DNA of 54,687 nt, filler included, from Sphacelaria rigidula (taxonomy: Eukaryota), in the NCBI GenBank assembly GCA_964200075.2. It is 2 parts of 2 records of this genome, joined end to end, with 100 filler letters (N's around TTAATTAATTAA, not from the genome) between each part and the next. Parts side by side here need not be neighbours in the genome. Positions count along the whole stretch, not along the records: positions 27,398 to 54,687 come from CAXNAA020000120.1; 1 more part is not named here. One strand, written 5' to 3'. The notes below the pieces were generated by a model. It searched no databases. It was given only the letters and a program-made list of their open reading frames with translations, and had not been told where the DNA came from. Each line of letters starts with the position of its first letter. Positions within the stretch are counted from its first letter, which is position 1. Shown here one piece after another: positions 32,171-44,201 of the stretch. The position numbers and the translations under genes were made by a program.

Positions 32171-32413
32171 TACGGCGCGATATCGTTTTTTTCAGTCGGT
32201 TATTGTTATTCACTACTTGTCTCTGGTTGGAGTGCGCAAATAACTAGCATCGCTCTACATAAACCATATAGCCACTTGGTGTCGAGGTCTGACGATGCCC
32301 CGTGCCGCCAATTTCTGCTCGTCGTCATCAGTCAAATGTCCGGCGAAAAAATAGTGCACGCGTCTCACTTATTGACAATCATGTTTGCCCATGTGCTTCG
32401 AGTACATGGGTTG

Positions 32414-32534
32414 CAAGGTCTCATTTTAACAAATCAATTGGTGGCTGATATTCAAGGTCTCATTTCAACATATCGATTGGTGGCGGATACTGTATTCAAG
32501 GTCTCACTTTAGTAAATCGATGGGTGGCTTATAC
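32414..32534. repeat. Three about 40-bp tandem units
   Basis: caaggtctca...atc.at.ggtggc repeated three times. Confidence 0.75.
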
Positions 32535-33743
32535 AGCGCTGTACGAGATAAAAAATCTCGGTTCTAGTCCCGGACCAACGTCAAAGATATTTACAGTACT
32601 CCAGTACCACGGAAACGTCCGCACTCACTCGTGCCGAAAGAACCGCCCGGGCTGCAGTAGGGTGCGAGGACGAGGAAGCGGGGTGGTTGCAGGTTCGGCC
32701 CTTTGCGCATGTATCATGTCGCCTTTGACACGCTGGCACAGTTTCCGAGGGGTTCATATAAGCGCCAAAAAGTGATTCGTTGCTTCTAATCCGTGGGCGC
32801 CGGAAATATGTCGAAACACTTTCGTTGCCATCAGACACAACGTCGTGTTTCAACTGCCAAGGCTGGGCAATGACTACACACGGATTGCAATTTGTTGCCA
32901 TTCGGGGTGATGCTGATGGTGCTTCCAAGCAGAGAGGGACTGCCCAGTTGAATCCAGTGTCGTGATTGTCGGCGTTTGGGGACACTCGGTCATGTTGTTC
33001 CGATAGGCGACCACGCGTCCGAGGGGTCAGCGCCACATATTGCTAGAGCTACTGCATTTAGGTGTTAAATTTGCCAGGCTAGTTAGACGACTGAAGCAGC
33101 AAGTTCTGTGTTCCCACCGGGCCAACGAAAACGCTACCCGAACGTCGACAACCAGCTCTAAACGATTGTAATGGATCGAGATAACTCGACTCCAACTACG
33201 TTGTCTCATAGATCATCTTGGTACACTGTGGTCAAATGACTCATGACGCACGACGCTTTAGAGCCTTTGCGCGGTTCATACGAAGGTCGGTGTCAACTTG
33301 GCCTGTCAGACCTCCGAAAGCCCGTACCCATCCGCGAATACTTGAAATCGTTCTAATTTTTGCTGCACACGATGGACGCTTTTCATGCCTATTCGTAGGT
33401 TCATTCCTATATTGGCGCGTGGTACCAAAGCAGCGAGTTTCACGGATACACGGGTGAGTGTACAGTAGGTGCCGACAACTGTACAGCTCCGCCATATGGG
33501 ATCGAAGTAATTTGGAAGGCCCAGCATAGAATACGATGGGTCTGTCAGAATGATCCATGAAGGAAAGGTAACGATACTCACGAAAGGCGAGCAAGGAAAC
33601 TTATTTCATTTGTGGACAGGCCAGTATCTGAAATAGGGCAGCGTAGCGGTAGCACCTGTCGAAGAATGTTCTTGAAAAAATATATAGAAAAACCCTTGCC
33701 ACAAAAAATATGACCACCTAGCACGCTCTATAACTTACCATCT

Positions 33744-33998
33744 GCACTCGTCGGCACGAATGGTGGACAATGCCACTGGATGCAAAGGGTCCAGCTCAAA
33801 AATCACACCATCACAACGCAATCCTCACATGAGCATAAAATTTGCCAAACAGCCCCATTCGTGCCACGGCGAGGTCCTGCTCAGTCCTTGAAGATTGTCC
33901 TTTTTCGCAGTGATGCTACACAACATCCGATACTCTGCTTGCCTGAATGTACCAATGGAATTTTGATTCTACAACTCCTGTTTAGTGCCGACGAATAC
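33744..33998. mobile_element. Possible short MITE
   Basis: tcgtcggcac near the left end and gtgccgacga near the right end, extending imperfectly; no clear TSD. Confidence 0.4.
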
Positions 33999-34315
33999 TG
34001 ACTCGTACCTAGCTAGGCAACAACAGAAAAAAACAGAGGGAAACATGAAGCCGATTTTTCGCAAGGACAAGGAATGAAAATTCCGATTCTCTCAGCCCAA
34101 GCGTGAAAAAAACCCGTCTATTCCGCTCTGGGACACGTCAGACACAGCTTCAGCACACACTCGGACCAAACTGCGAGAACGAAACGGGAAAATGAACAAA
34201 ATGTTAATTCATCACACATCAACGGCAGAGCCAACAATCACTCCAACATCGTTAACGCTTCCGATTTTCGAGTGTACCCTCCCTTTCTGAGTATAACCTA
34301 GATAGAGCTAGATTG

Positions 34316-34429
34316 TTACTTATCAGGGCAGCCTACGCTCTCCCGGGTGTCCATGTTGGTAACGGGATTGGTGCCCTTGAGGGTGGGGTTTTTGCACAAA
34401 TTCCGTTGATCAAACTCTCCCATGTACGC
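34316..34429 (-). CDS. Pentapeptide-repeat gene exon 5 (AYMGEFDQRNLCKNPTLKGTNPVTNMDTRESVGCPDK*)
   Basis: gagcAG acceptor, TAA stop, 114 nt, with two Cys as in TL17 C-termini. Confidence 0.92.
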   Translation of the reverse strand, partial: AYMGEFDQRNLCKNPTLKGTNPVTNMDTRESVGCPDK

Positions 34430-37400
34430 CTGCTCGACAGTCGACACGGCGGGTTTGTGTGAGCAAACACGAGATCAGAAATGGCGGGAGACCGACGGGG
34501 ATATGGGGTAAGGGACGGGGACGAGGATGGGGAGGGGAAAAGCAACGTGAAAAATGAAAGTTGATGGATATGTCATTACGTGTGCATCCCGCGATTGACT
34601 TCTCCTATATAATCAATGGACTTGCCAAGTTTATGAGTCGTTCCAGGTGGGGGCGGAAATACACAGATTTGATGCTTTCACATGGTTGAAGCGCATATTT
34701 GAAAGTTTGCGCTCAATTTTCAGGCTTCTCTCCGAAATTTGGCGGTAGCACCGGGCGAACATATCCACTACACTTTTGGTCAGGAGTGCGAAAAATAACA
34801 GGATGCATTTTGCTTTTATCGTAGACAGAGGCGCTGCGCAAATGGAGATAGGCACCAAAGCATCGTTTTGTGTGTGTGTGGGTGGTTCGCGGAGTGTTTT
34901 GAGTCCCTTCAAGGTTCCCGAAATTTGGGATTCGCTACTACACCAGGAACGACCGCAAACTCTACGGGTCATCAGGATTCAGGCTGGTTCTTGTTCGCCT
35001 TCACTGTGCGACCCAAGAAGACACGACCCATGAAACTGAGCGCCAACGCTCAGCATGGTAGTATTCATCACCCCGTCAGTGCACGCTTTGGCATACCCCG
35101 ACAAGACATGGCAAGCAGCGCAATAAGCTCCAGACCTTCGTCAGCAATTCTTGAAGGCCTCCAAGGGCAGGTCGAGTAGAGTATACTCAATTGCGGGGTA
35201 TTTTGAAATACGCACTTGAGGTACCCAAATTAGGGTAGAGTGTTGATAGTCGTACCCCAAAACTAACTGGGAAGCGATCCCTAAAACCCTACCCCCAATT
35301 TGTCTACTTCAAGTACGACTTTCAACATACCCCGCAATTGAGTATACTCTACTCGACCTACCCTTGAAGGCCTCATTCTGTCGGTGGTTTTGAAAACATG
35401 CCGAAATTGCGCTTAGCCGCCAGCCTACGTGCCCCACAGCAGCATCCCCGGAACTATATCTTGGCCCAGCATCTACACTACTTCATCACATGAGGCACGG
35501 GAAGATATTTCGTGTAGTGTGTTCCAACAATCACTGGACGCAGTCAATCCAGACAGCGCAGACGGCGCGAAACGGGGATATGCCATGAAGAAGACGAAAG
35601 TTGTACGTCAAAATTCAAAACAGGAAATCCCAACATCACCGCCGCACCATCGGGCAACAAGAGCATACTCTGTACCTGACGCGGCAACGCGAGATCGGTC
35701 GTGGACTAATAAACCAAAATATGAGCTACCCGCAGAAGCACTACACTGTAGCGAGAGTTGGGCTCACTAGTTTCGTCTTTGTCTCTCCGTCAGGGAAGAT
35801 TTTCTGACCGCTACGTGAACGGCGTTTTTTTTGCCAAGCAGTTGGCAGCGGGACACGAGGAAACCATCGAACGGGAGCACGGTCAAAGTGCCCGTGCAAC
35901 TTCATTCCAACTTCCCTCTCACCTCCGTGAAGTCGGCGTTCTCCACGTTCGCCCCGACGAAGCTGGTGCTAGTCAAGACCGCGTTCTTGAAGATAGCACC
36001 CTGAGACCGTTCCGCGGCACGCGTTGCGTACCGGACAAGGAAACAGACGCGCGGAGCGACCATGAACGACACATGAATGAGTCAGCCAGTCCACACGGCG
36101 ACCAAAATGCATGTCTTTGTGCCCAGCTCCCAAGCTTTCACTCATTAGATGCACGAATACGGACAACTCCAGTACGCACTTGCGCTTTTCCCGTTTGTGC
36201 GAAAAACAACCGAAACCGCGAGATTTTCGTCACGATAAAAATAATAATAATAATACAAATACGAGTAAAAAACGCCTCGAGCCGATCAATCGAACCCCAC
36301 TATTTTTGGTTTCCTTCAAAAGCAGGAGGTTGGTGTGGGTATTCGTACAACCTGAGTGTGGGCCGCTCGCTTGTTACGTTTGGAGACATGACGCGCGCAG
36401 GCGTTGGTTTTGACTGGCATCAACGCTTCCCTTCTCTGGACTCTGGAAGTCCGGACGTTGTCATGGTGGTGACGGTACGTGCATCGATGGACAAGAGCAC
36501 TGTTGACAGCTATCGTCGAAGGTCCTTACCTGCATGGAACTGCCATCAAATGACACCCGATCAACTACTGCGTTCGAAAAGTCTGCTTCATCCCAGTGAG
36601 AATTCTGTGACAGACGAAGAAGAAAAATGGCGGAAGTATTACGGAGGGCAGGCGTGTGAGGGGAATTAGTGAACAGACGGGAAAAAACGCCAGAATGAAA
36701 ACGCACTACGGACTGGCTACCTACCTGCACGGTTCTTATATGCTACCCCTCAGCTCTCCTTGTATGTAGTTGCAAACCAAGCCCAATAACGTTGGGTCAC
36801 ACTCAAAAGTATGGTGTAGTACAATCGGCGCACGATTAATGTCTTAGCGCGAGCACTTCGTAATTGTACACACAAGGTACGCACCCGCCACCACAAAATA
36901 CGTCTCAATACTCAGCGCGCACAAACTATACGTTGTAGTCAGCTATGATCCATACTGCACCTTTTGAAACAGGAGTATGCGGAGACGGTGGCGGGGGGCA
37001 GGGTGGCAATGACAGCGATATGACACAGACAATTGGTACTCGGTGGAGAAGATTGTCGCAGTGTCTAACTCGACCGCAACAGCTAAACGTGAATAGTATA
37101 TCTCGTAATCTGAGGTCTTCGTTTTGCCGTACTCACCCTGGCGTAAGCCTTGGACATGATCACTTCCTTGAAATCCCCCTTCGAAAAATCCGCTTCCGAC
37201 GCGATCACGCCGCTCAAGTCGAAACCCGCAGCCGACTTGCCACTGTTGTTTTCATGTGCAAGTTCAAGAAAAAGATCAACCGCATAGATGGCGGGGAGGT
37301 GAAGAGGTTATGGTGAGTTGCGCTGCACAAGCAGAGGCTGATCGTGGACGTGAAGGCAGCCGATCCACCCCCAAGGCGCTGGTGCCATACGAGCAGTTGC

Positions 37401-40400
37401 CCATGTGCCCACACAAGATGAAATGTGCACGAAATATCACGCCTCTTGTCAACATGGGACCTTTTGAGCGCTGCCAAAGAGTTTTTGAGCGCTTAGACTT
37501 GGCGTAGACTGGACTCAGGTGATGTTCAGTAGCTTTTACTGCACCCTTGTAGCTCCTTGGTCTATACTAATCTCAAGGAGCTAACGGCGGGGCATCAGAG
37601 CCCAGTACCTACAATGGATGTGAGATGGTAGGTCACAGTGAGCGGGGTAGCCAGCTAGTGGCGCAGGACGGGTGAGCTTTTCTGGCTCATTTTAGGCGAG
37701 AGCAAATGTAAGAGGCTAGAAAAAATGCCACCACTCGACAGCCACGGCAAGTCAGGAAAAGCGATTGAATATGGGGAAACCTCTCCACCGTGGCTACGAC
37801 TATTGATGCTCAACTATTATAGGGCTCAATTCACGATAACAAAGGTGAAATGCACCCGTTCTGCGGTTCTATGGGTACCGAATAGAGGTGGGCACCTGTA
37901 AAGAAAAAACCGATTATAACCGGTTCTTGGAAACCCCAACAGGCGTTAACCGGTTACGGTTATGAAAAAATCAAACTGGAGTTTTTTTGCCGGTCAAAGC
38001 GGTTCCCCGGAAAATCGGTTTAACCGGCAAAATGAGGCATTATCATGGCGGTTATACCGATTTTTTAATGAACCGGTTCAATTGCGAAGTTTGAAGTTGG
38101 TGGCGAAAGCGTGACATACGACACGTGTAGTGCAAAAGGAGTAGGCGTGAACTTATGTTTACTCTGAAGATCTACTGTAGTTTCCTCACGGGGATACGAT
38201 GATGATGTTGGTGTTTCTTCCTGACAAAAGTTGATGCGATGTCTTGTCACCTATCGCCCTTGTACGATTATTGCGTCATTGTTCATTCTACAGGGCGAAA
38301 TTGCCGAGGGAGAGGGTGTGCTTGCATGGTTTGGCGTGGTTCGTAACGTCTGGTGCGGATTTTCCGGTGTCCGCTGTTTCGTTGTTTTTCGACACAGGAG
38401 CGGGACGCTTTTTCCATGCAAAGTTCAGGAATGCCATGACCCCTGCTCCTCCCTCGTATTGTTGGGCATTGGGTTGCAGGGGCGGGCGGGGTGTGGGGTG
38501 CATACAGTACTGGGCGCTTGAATTGTTCAGGGTTGTTGTGGGGGTATTCTCGCACACTGCTGACGACCGGTCGCCCCGGTGGCTCAATTGGTAATCTCGA
38601 AGCCTTCCGACGGTTGAGTCGTGGGTTCGAATCTCGGAGCGATCTGGGGTTTTTCTCACACCATGCCCAACAGTGGAGAGCGACTACGTCGTCAGTACAC
38701 AAAATTCGTCTTACCGGTCGACGAGGGGAAGGGATTGCTGAACCCCTCTGGCGATGAAAAATAAAGGCAAGCACCGCAGAAGGAAGGTTCGGTACTCAGA
38801 ACAAACAAGAAAGAAAAAGCTCTTGTGTTGACCTCTCTCCTGTGCGACGCCGGCTGGTGCGCCCACATAAACCGAAAGGGGTAGATCGGCGTCCAGAATA
38901 GATGGGACGACAACACACAGAGACACGCACACACTACTCTTCGATAGAGCTCCAAGGTGCTAGCGTCGGCAGATTTTCGTAAAAGCAGCAGATAATCCTG
39001 AAAAAAAACAGTGCCCAAGTTAATGTTACGTGGTGTTATCGAGCAATACGAGCAGATGCTGCGTTTATAAGGAGGGAATTATTAACCGTGAAACACAGTT
39101 ATTCGGCCCTGTTGCAGTGAGTAAATAGAATTTGAAAAAAATATACATTTCTTCACAACAACGATCGGGACAGGCTCGATCGACCGAAAATTCCGAAAAG
39201 TCAGAATCTGTGCTAAAATATTTCAGGACCTCCGATGACCGGTCAGCCCATAAGTCACTCAATGTTGAGTGCAGATGATTTTTGTTTTCATTGAATGTGG
39301 AGCGAATACAAGTATCTTCAGATCCCCAATGTGATAGGCGGTGACAAGCGAAAGAGCCCACGAGAATCGTCTATGACCAAGAAATTAGAAAAAGAACGGT
39401 TCAGGTGCCTACTACCATCTACTACTCCGGATCATAGTTTTTCTTTTCGACTTTCGACACCCTGTGTTGGCTAGGGTTAGGTGCAAAATTTGAACATCAG
39501 CTGTTCAAGTGGTCACCAACACCATTTTCTATCACGTATTGAAATCTTTGTCACCAGTCACCGGCCACTGTGCTGTAAAATTCGACAGGTGTTGTACGGG
39601 TGCGGAGTACGGAGGTGTGAGATTGAACCTTGCCGTCACCCACCACATACGAAGCATACGACAAGAACGCCCAACTCACCTGCGCTTCAATGATTTGGAG
39701 GCGTTTCCCCTTCCTTATCAGGTTAAACCGGCTGTAAAAAAATGGTTTAAGCGTTCTTTTGTTTTTGAAAATAGCGCCTCTTATCCGGTAACCGTTTTTC
39801 ATTTATTTTGGTATTCGGTGCCCACCTCTAGTACGAAAGAGGCACACCCGCCGCCTTCCACAGCTCTCTGTTTCAAGATGGGTATAGCTGAATAACCCAA
39901 ATGATTCACACCCCAAACCAACCCCATGGGAAGGACAACTACGGATCACCATTTGCTTCTGAGGTGTCTATTCTTGGTGCTTTTAACAGTACCACTGAAA
40001 GTCGCCCAGATTATAGAGAGAAGTCGCTGAGGACGGGTAAATATCCAGACGCAGTTCACCTCGTCAGATGGTCAGAAAAAACGAACCATCGAACTCGGGA
40101 TATGACCCTACAAATAGTCAAGATAACGAGTAAGGTACTTCGAGAAATGTTGACCTGCGGAGGGAAGCAGAGTCAAAGAGGAGCAGCGCTTTTTCAACTG
40201 ATTCGATCCAAGTTTCTGTGTTGCTGCTACTGCTGCAGTAGCAACTGTGTGTCTTGTGTGCTGTCATCCCATCTATTCTGAACGCCAGTCTACACCTTTC
40301 GGTATATGTGGCGATTCAGCCGGGGTCACGCAGGAGGAAGACCAACACCGGATTTTTTTTTCCTTCATTCTTCCTTGTGATAGTTCTCCACCTTCCGTCT

Positions 40401-42056
40401 GCGGTGCTTGCCTTATTTTCTATCGCGAAAGGGGTTCAGCGGTCCCCTTCCCTTGTCGACCGTCAAGTCGAATTTCGTGTACCCACGACATGGTGGCTCT
40501 CCACTGTCGGGCATGGTGTGATAAAAAATCCCAGATCGCTAAACTGCACGAGATTCGAGCCCACGACCCAACCGTCAGAGGGTTTCGAGGTTACCAACTG
40601 AGCCAACGGGGCGACCGCAACCGCAGCTTCATTTCCCATGAACCAGGCCGCCGCACAGGGCAAACGCAACGCCACCGCGCCAGCGGCGGACCTATCCGTC
40701 CAACGCAAGCGGTTCGGGGCGATGCCCATACCCTCCATCACGATTGACACAGCGTGGTAGTGCTACATGTGCACCACAACACACCGAGTTGGGAAAACTA
40801 CGGATAGGTAACCAACGAGATCCTGGTACTTGTTTGATTTTCGCGATGTAACTCGGGAATGCCGTTGTGTGCACAGATGATATTTCAGGGAAATCTTCAT
40901 CGGAACACTTCACACTTGGCTTCCATTATATGTGTTGCCGCGTGCAGTACTCATCACGGTGTGGCCACCTTCAACTGTAGCAACCCCAGGCTGATCGCTC
41001 CGATACAGACTTTTTACGAAGCTTACTGTACCGCTTTGTAGGTCTCAAGTAAACGCCGAAACCCAGCTGAAGCTACTATGATACAACGGTACACGTCGTG
41101 CACTGGGAAGCGAGGAAGATCGAGAGCATACACGGTATGCAGTCGCCACAAACGCGTACTTGTATACACTGACGGTGTTCACAATAAACACCTTTCCATG
41201 TTGGTACAATATGAAGGGCTATGCGTAGGATGTAAGAACAACAGTATACACGCCTACTGTACTGTAAACTCCTGGTGGGGTTGCCAACATTGCGGGAACG
41301 CCAAAGCCGAACCAGAAGACATGCTGCACAAATCTGCACGCGAGGCAGGCATCACTTCCAGTACTGACTGTAGACCGTGCAGTTGACCAAATAACATGAA
41401 CACCCACCCCATGCACGTCTGACACATGCCACACACGGCGAGCACAGAGCCCCTAACGCAGATGTTCCCTTCAGACACTCAGCACACACACGCGAATCGC
41501 CACGAACCCAGGATGGCAAACAAGCATTGGGCTGCCTTCAAGTCGAACCGAAAAACAGACCCTCAACAGTTACCATGCTCAGATACATCATCGTTATCAG
41601 CCTCCGCCTCCTCGCCCATAAACCAACGCACCTGAGGTTGCACTCCCTTAGATCGTAAAGCGAATCCCTCGCGGCGTTGGCCTGTCCCATAGCGGATGAC
41701 TTGAAAGTACAGCGATCCTTGGCTTGGGAAATTGGGGGTAGGCTGAACTTCGTGGTGCCGCCATCTGCAACAGCGGCGTCTCCCGTGAACAGAATCGTGG
41801 TTCCTACCACCAGAGTTGCCAACGTGCGCGCCGCATCGACGAAGACCTTGTTGCTGTTGTTGTTCGGTGCCGGCGGGGATAGGGACATACATGGGCCGCC
41901 TGTGCGAAATGATACGCATGTTGCATGTTTTTTTGGGGTTGTCTGTACGAAAAATCCACCCGGCCGGAAAGCCACCGTCCTATCAATGCAGGATAAGGAA
42001 GTCGCCAGGGCTAGTAGAGCTGCCACCACTGTCGTTGATCTCCTCGAGTTCGCCAT
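34316..42056 (-). CDS. Thylakoid lumenal pentapeptide-repeat protein (TL17/17.4-kDa-like), 265 aa; exons 42056-41632, 37242-37137, 36604-36530, 36000-35923, 34429-34316
   Basis: Five GT-AG exons splice in phase (798 nt): signal peptide plus TVA-F motif, lumen signal ending AVA, LPPISQAKDRC...MGQANAARDSLYDLRECNL, pentapeptide repeats (ADFSK, ADFSN, AVVDR, VSFDG, AIFKN, AVLTS, ADFTE), and C-terminal LCKNPTLKGTNPVTNMDTRESVGCPDK*. Confidence 0.93.
35155..35373. mobile_element. MITE/foldback in intron 4 of the pentapeptide gene
   Basis: aggcctccaagggcaggtcgagtagagtatactcaattgcggggta pairs with taccccgcaattgagtatactctactcgacctacccttgaaggcct. Confidence 0.85.
35923..36000 (-). CDS. Pentapeptide-repeat gene exon 4 (GAIFKNAVLTSTSFVGANVENADFTE)
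   Basis: tctcAG acceptor, GTGAGA donor, 78 nt. Confidence 0.92.
36530..36604 (-). CDS. Pentapeptide-repeat gene exon 3 (NSHWDEADFSNAVVDRVSFDGSSMQ)
   Basis: tcacAG acceptor, GTAAGG donor, 75 nt. Confidence 0.92.
37137..37242 (-). CDS. Pentapeptide-repeat gene exon 2 (GKSAAGFDLSGVIASEADFSKGDFKEVIMSKAYAR)
   Basis: caacAG acceptor, GTGAGT donor, 106 nt. Confidence 0.92.
37883..39830. mobile_element. Non-autonomous hAT-like element in intron 1 of the pentapeptide gene
   Basis: Perfect 14-bp TIRs tagaggtgggcacc; many subterminal aaccgg/ccggtt motifs; flanks gtaccgaa/gtacgaaa resemble a decayed 8-bp TSD. Confidence 0.8.
38569..38935 (+). mobile_element. tRNA-derived SINE, family A, full length
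   Basis: A box TGGCTCAATTGG, B box GGTTCGAATC, (CA)-type tail; homologous to 40247-40616 and 7921-8123. Confidence 0.85.
40247..40616 (-). mobile_element. tRNA-derived SINE, family A, full length
   Basis: The reverse complement begins ggtcgccccgttggctcagttggtaa, has a degenerate B box (gggctcgaatc), and is colinear with 38569-38935. Confidence 0.85.
41632..42056 (-). CDS. Pentapeptide-repeat gene exon 1 (targeting presequence and N-terminus)
   Basis: ATG at 42056; GTGCGT donor after ECNL; phase 2. Confidence 0.9.
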
Positions 42057-43319
42057 GGTATGCACGGGTGAGATAGGTTTTCTGTCTCAACGACAGCTCG
42101 TACAAGGAGTTCGAGTACACAAGTATACGGATCATATTCCAAAATGATATAATTTAGTTTTTTTTGCTGACTCTTTACTGTAGCCGTACTTGAACTCCCT
42201 CGTTACAGTAGTACTGGCCACCACTTCTTCACGCCCACATTTGCACTGCTCATAGCATCACGAACCCTGAAAAACCACAGCGTCTCCGAGGATATTCTAC
42301 CTTTCTATTCCCTGCTGTACGCGCTGATCTCTTCGGGAGGCGCACATCGCGTTCGTATCTCGTAGCGTGGCGTACTCCTACAAGGTGTTTGTTGAAGGAG
42401 AGCAACTGGGAGCATCTCCACGGACGGTGTGGCTGTTTGAATTACAGGTGACGGGTGAGAGGGTTGCGTTGGTGTCGGGTATCTGTGTAGTGCAACAGCA
42501 AGAGGTTCGGTGATGGATGGAAGCTTCTGGTTGATCAAGAGAGATGAGCGTGTGGGCATGGCTAGCTTCCTTTGGATATACCTTTCATTGGGTCACTTCG
42601 TACGGGCGAGTCGTGCCGTGTCGTTGTGTGATGTTCAAGTTTACTATTTGGTAACGTTTCTGGAGGTCGTGTAGTTCGTTCAGGTAGGCAGTGATGTTGC
42701 AGTTGCTGTCACAGCTCTCGGACACTTGACACGACTTCCGCAATGTAGCGAGACATGATTCAGAAGTTGTAGGAGCGATTTTTCCATGCTTGTGAAGCGT
42801 CATGTTCTTTTGCATGATGTCCCCTTTCTTCTTGGTGTATCGGTACGTGAGAAATCGGCGTTGAATTCGTTCTGCCATGTATCGTACAGACGGCTCCACT
42901 CATGGCGTTCAACGACACACAATTATACAGTACAGGCAGTACACGAAGTACATTACACGGAACGATCCCAGCAGTTACACTGTGATCCAAAAGGGCCCAC
43001 ATATTGTTTATGATTTGCAGCGTCACTGATTTTTTCCGTTGCTCTTTCATGACTTTTCGTTGACCCTGGTTCAGTGTAAATAACGACCACAGTCGAAGAC
43101 GTGCTGGAGGCGCAAAAGGGCGTCGCTGCCCGCGCGGGAGCGCCCTGACTGCTCCAAAAGTCAACGCAAAGCGAACCGCCGAACATACACCACCAACTCA
43201 AATCTTTCCGCACACCCTACTGATCAGCGCACCTCACCGGCCGCCTCTTCAATACAACACACGACTGCCTGGAACCACCACCTTACCGGGCAACCCCCCC
43301 CCCTTCCTCCCCTAAAGAT

Positions 43320-44201
43320 ATGGCAGCGGCTATATCCTCCATGGAAAATGGCAACAGGCTACCTGTCTCGCGGGAACCCCCGTCCCGCTCATCTTCCCTC
43401 ACAGCAACCAACACGGCGGGCGGCAACTCCCGCCGCTCATCCCGTGTTCAGTCCCGCTCCCCTTCCTCTTCCTCCTTGACCTCTTCAAGGCGCTCGGATT
43501 CAGGCGATCTGAGTGACAACAGCAGGCGGATCAGCATATCAAGAGTCACCACAACCACCCCACCGTCGCCCACCAGAAGCGGTGGCAGCGGCGGAACCGG
43601 CGTCGTTTCGCCGGGAGTGGGCGGCGGAGTATGGGCATCTCTGCTATCCCTGGGCGCGGCCGCCCTGCCATCGTCGCTTCTAACTTTTTCCGCGAATACG
43701 AGCAGTAGCTCGGCGCCACCGTCTCCCCGCGCTCGTCGCCGCTCGCGCGGGCGCTCGTCCGCGATTATTGCTGTTGCCAGAGCGCGCGCGGGGTCAGGTG
43801 GGGGCACGGTACCGCGCCGTCTGTCGAGACAACAGCGGCCGCTGGCCGCCGCCGCGGCTGCCGCCGCCGCTTCCTCGTCGTCTAGAAGCTTTTCATTATT
43901 GTCGCTGCCGTCTTCCGCCGCCACCGCCCCGGCCCCCAGCCCGAGGTTGGCGCGCTCAACGGCGGCAGCGGCGCCAGGGCCAGCAGCCGAAGCAGCCGGG
44001 AGTGGCGATGTAGAAGCTGCAAGAATTCAGGACGGATTATCTCCCAACGGGTTGGGGGCCGAGAACGGTAGTAGAGAGGAGCGGGGTAGAAGTACCGGGG
44101 TTCGGGTGGCTACAGCTGCGGTGGTTGCGGGGACTGCCGCTCCGGCAGTTGTTGTTGCGGCAAAGGCGTCCAGGAGTTGTGGGAAGACGAGCAGGGGAAA
44201 G
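43320..44201 (+). CDS. Probable YPEL exon 1 (low complexity, 294 aa)
   Basis: GC-rich 882-nt open frame from ATG, ending at a consensus AAG|GTAAGA donor in phase 0. Confidence 0.65.

Noticed and set aside
35758..36669. 303-aa plus-strand ORF
   Set aside because: Antisense to pentapeptide exons 3-4 and their intron, non-ATG start, no recognisable domain.
38569..38645. Functional tRNA genes here and at about 8213, 22453, 40545 and 54610
   Set aside because: The cloverleafs are incomplete and several are fused to repeated bodies, so they are SINE heads.
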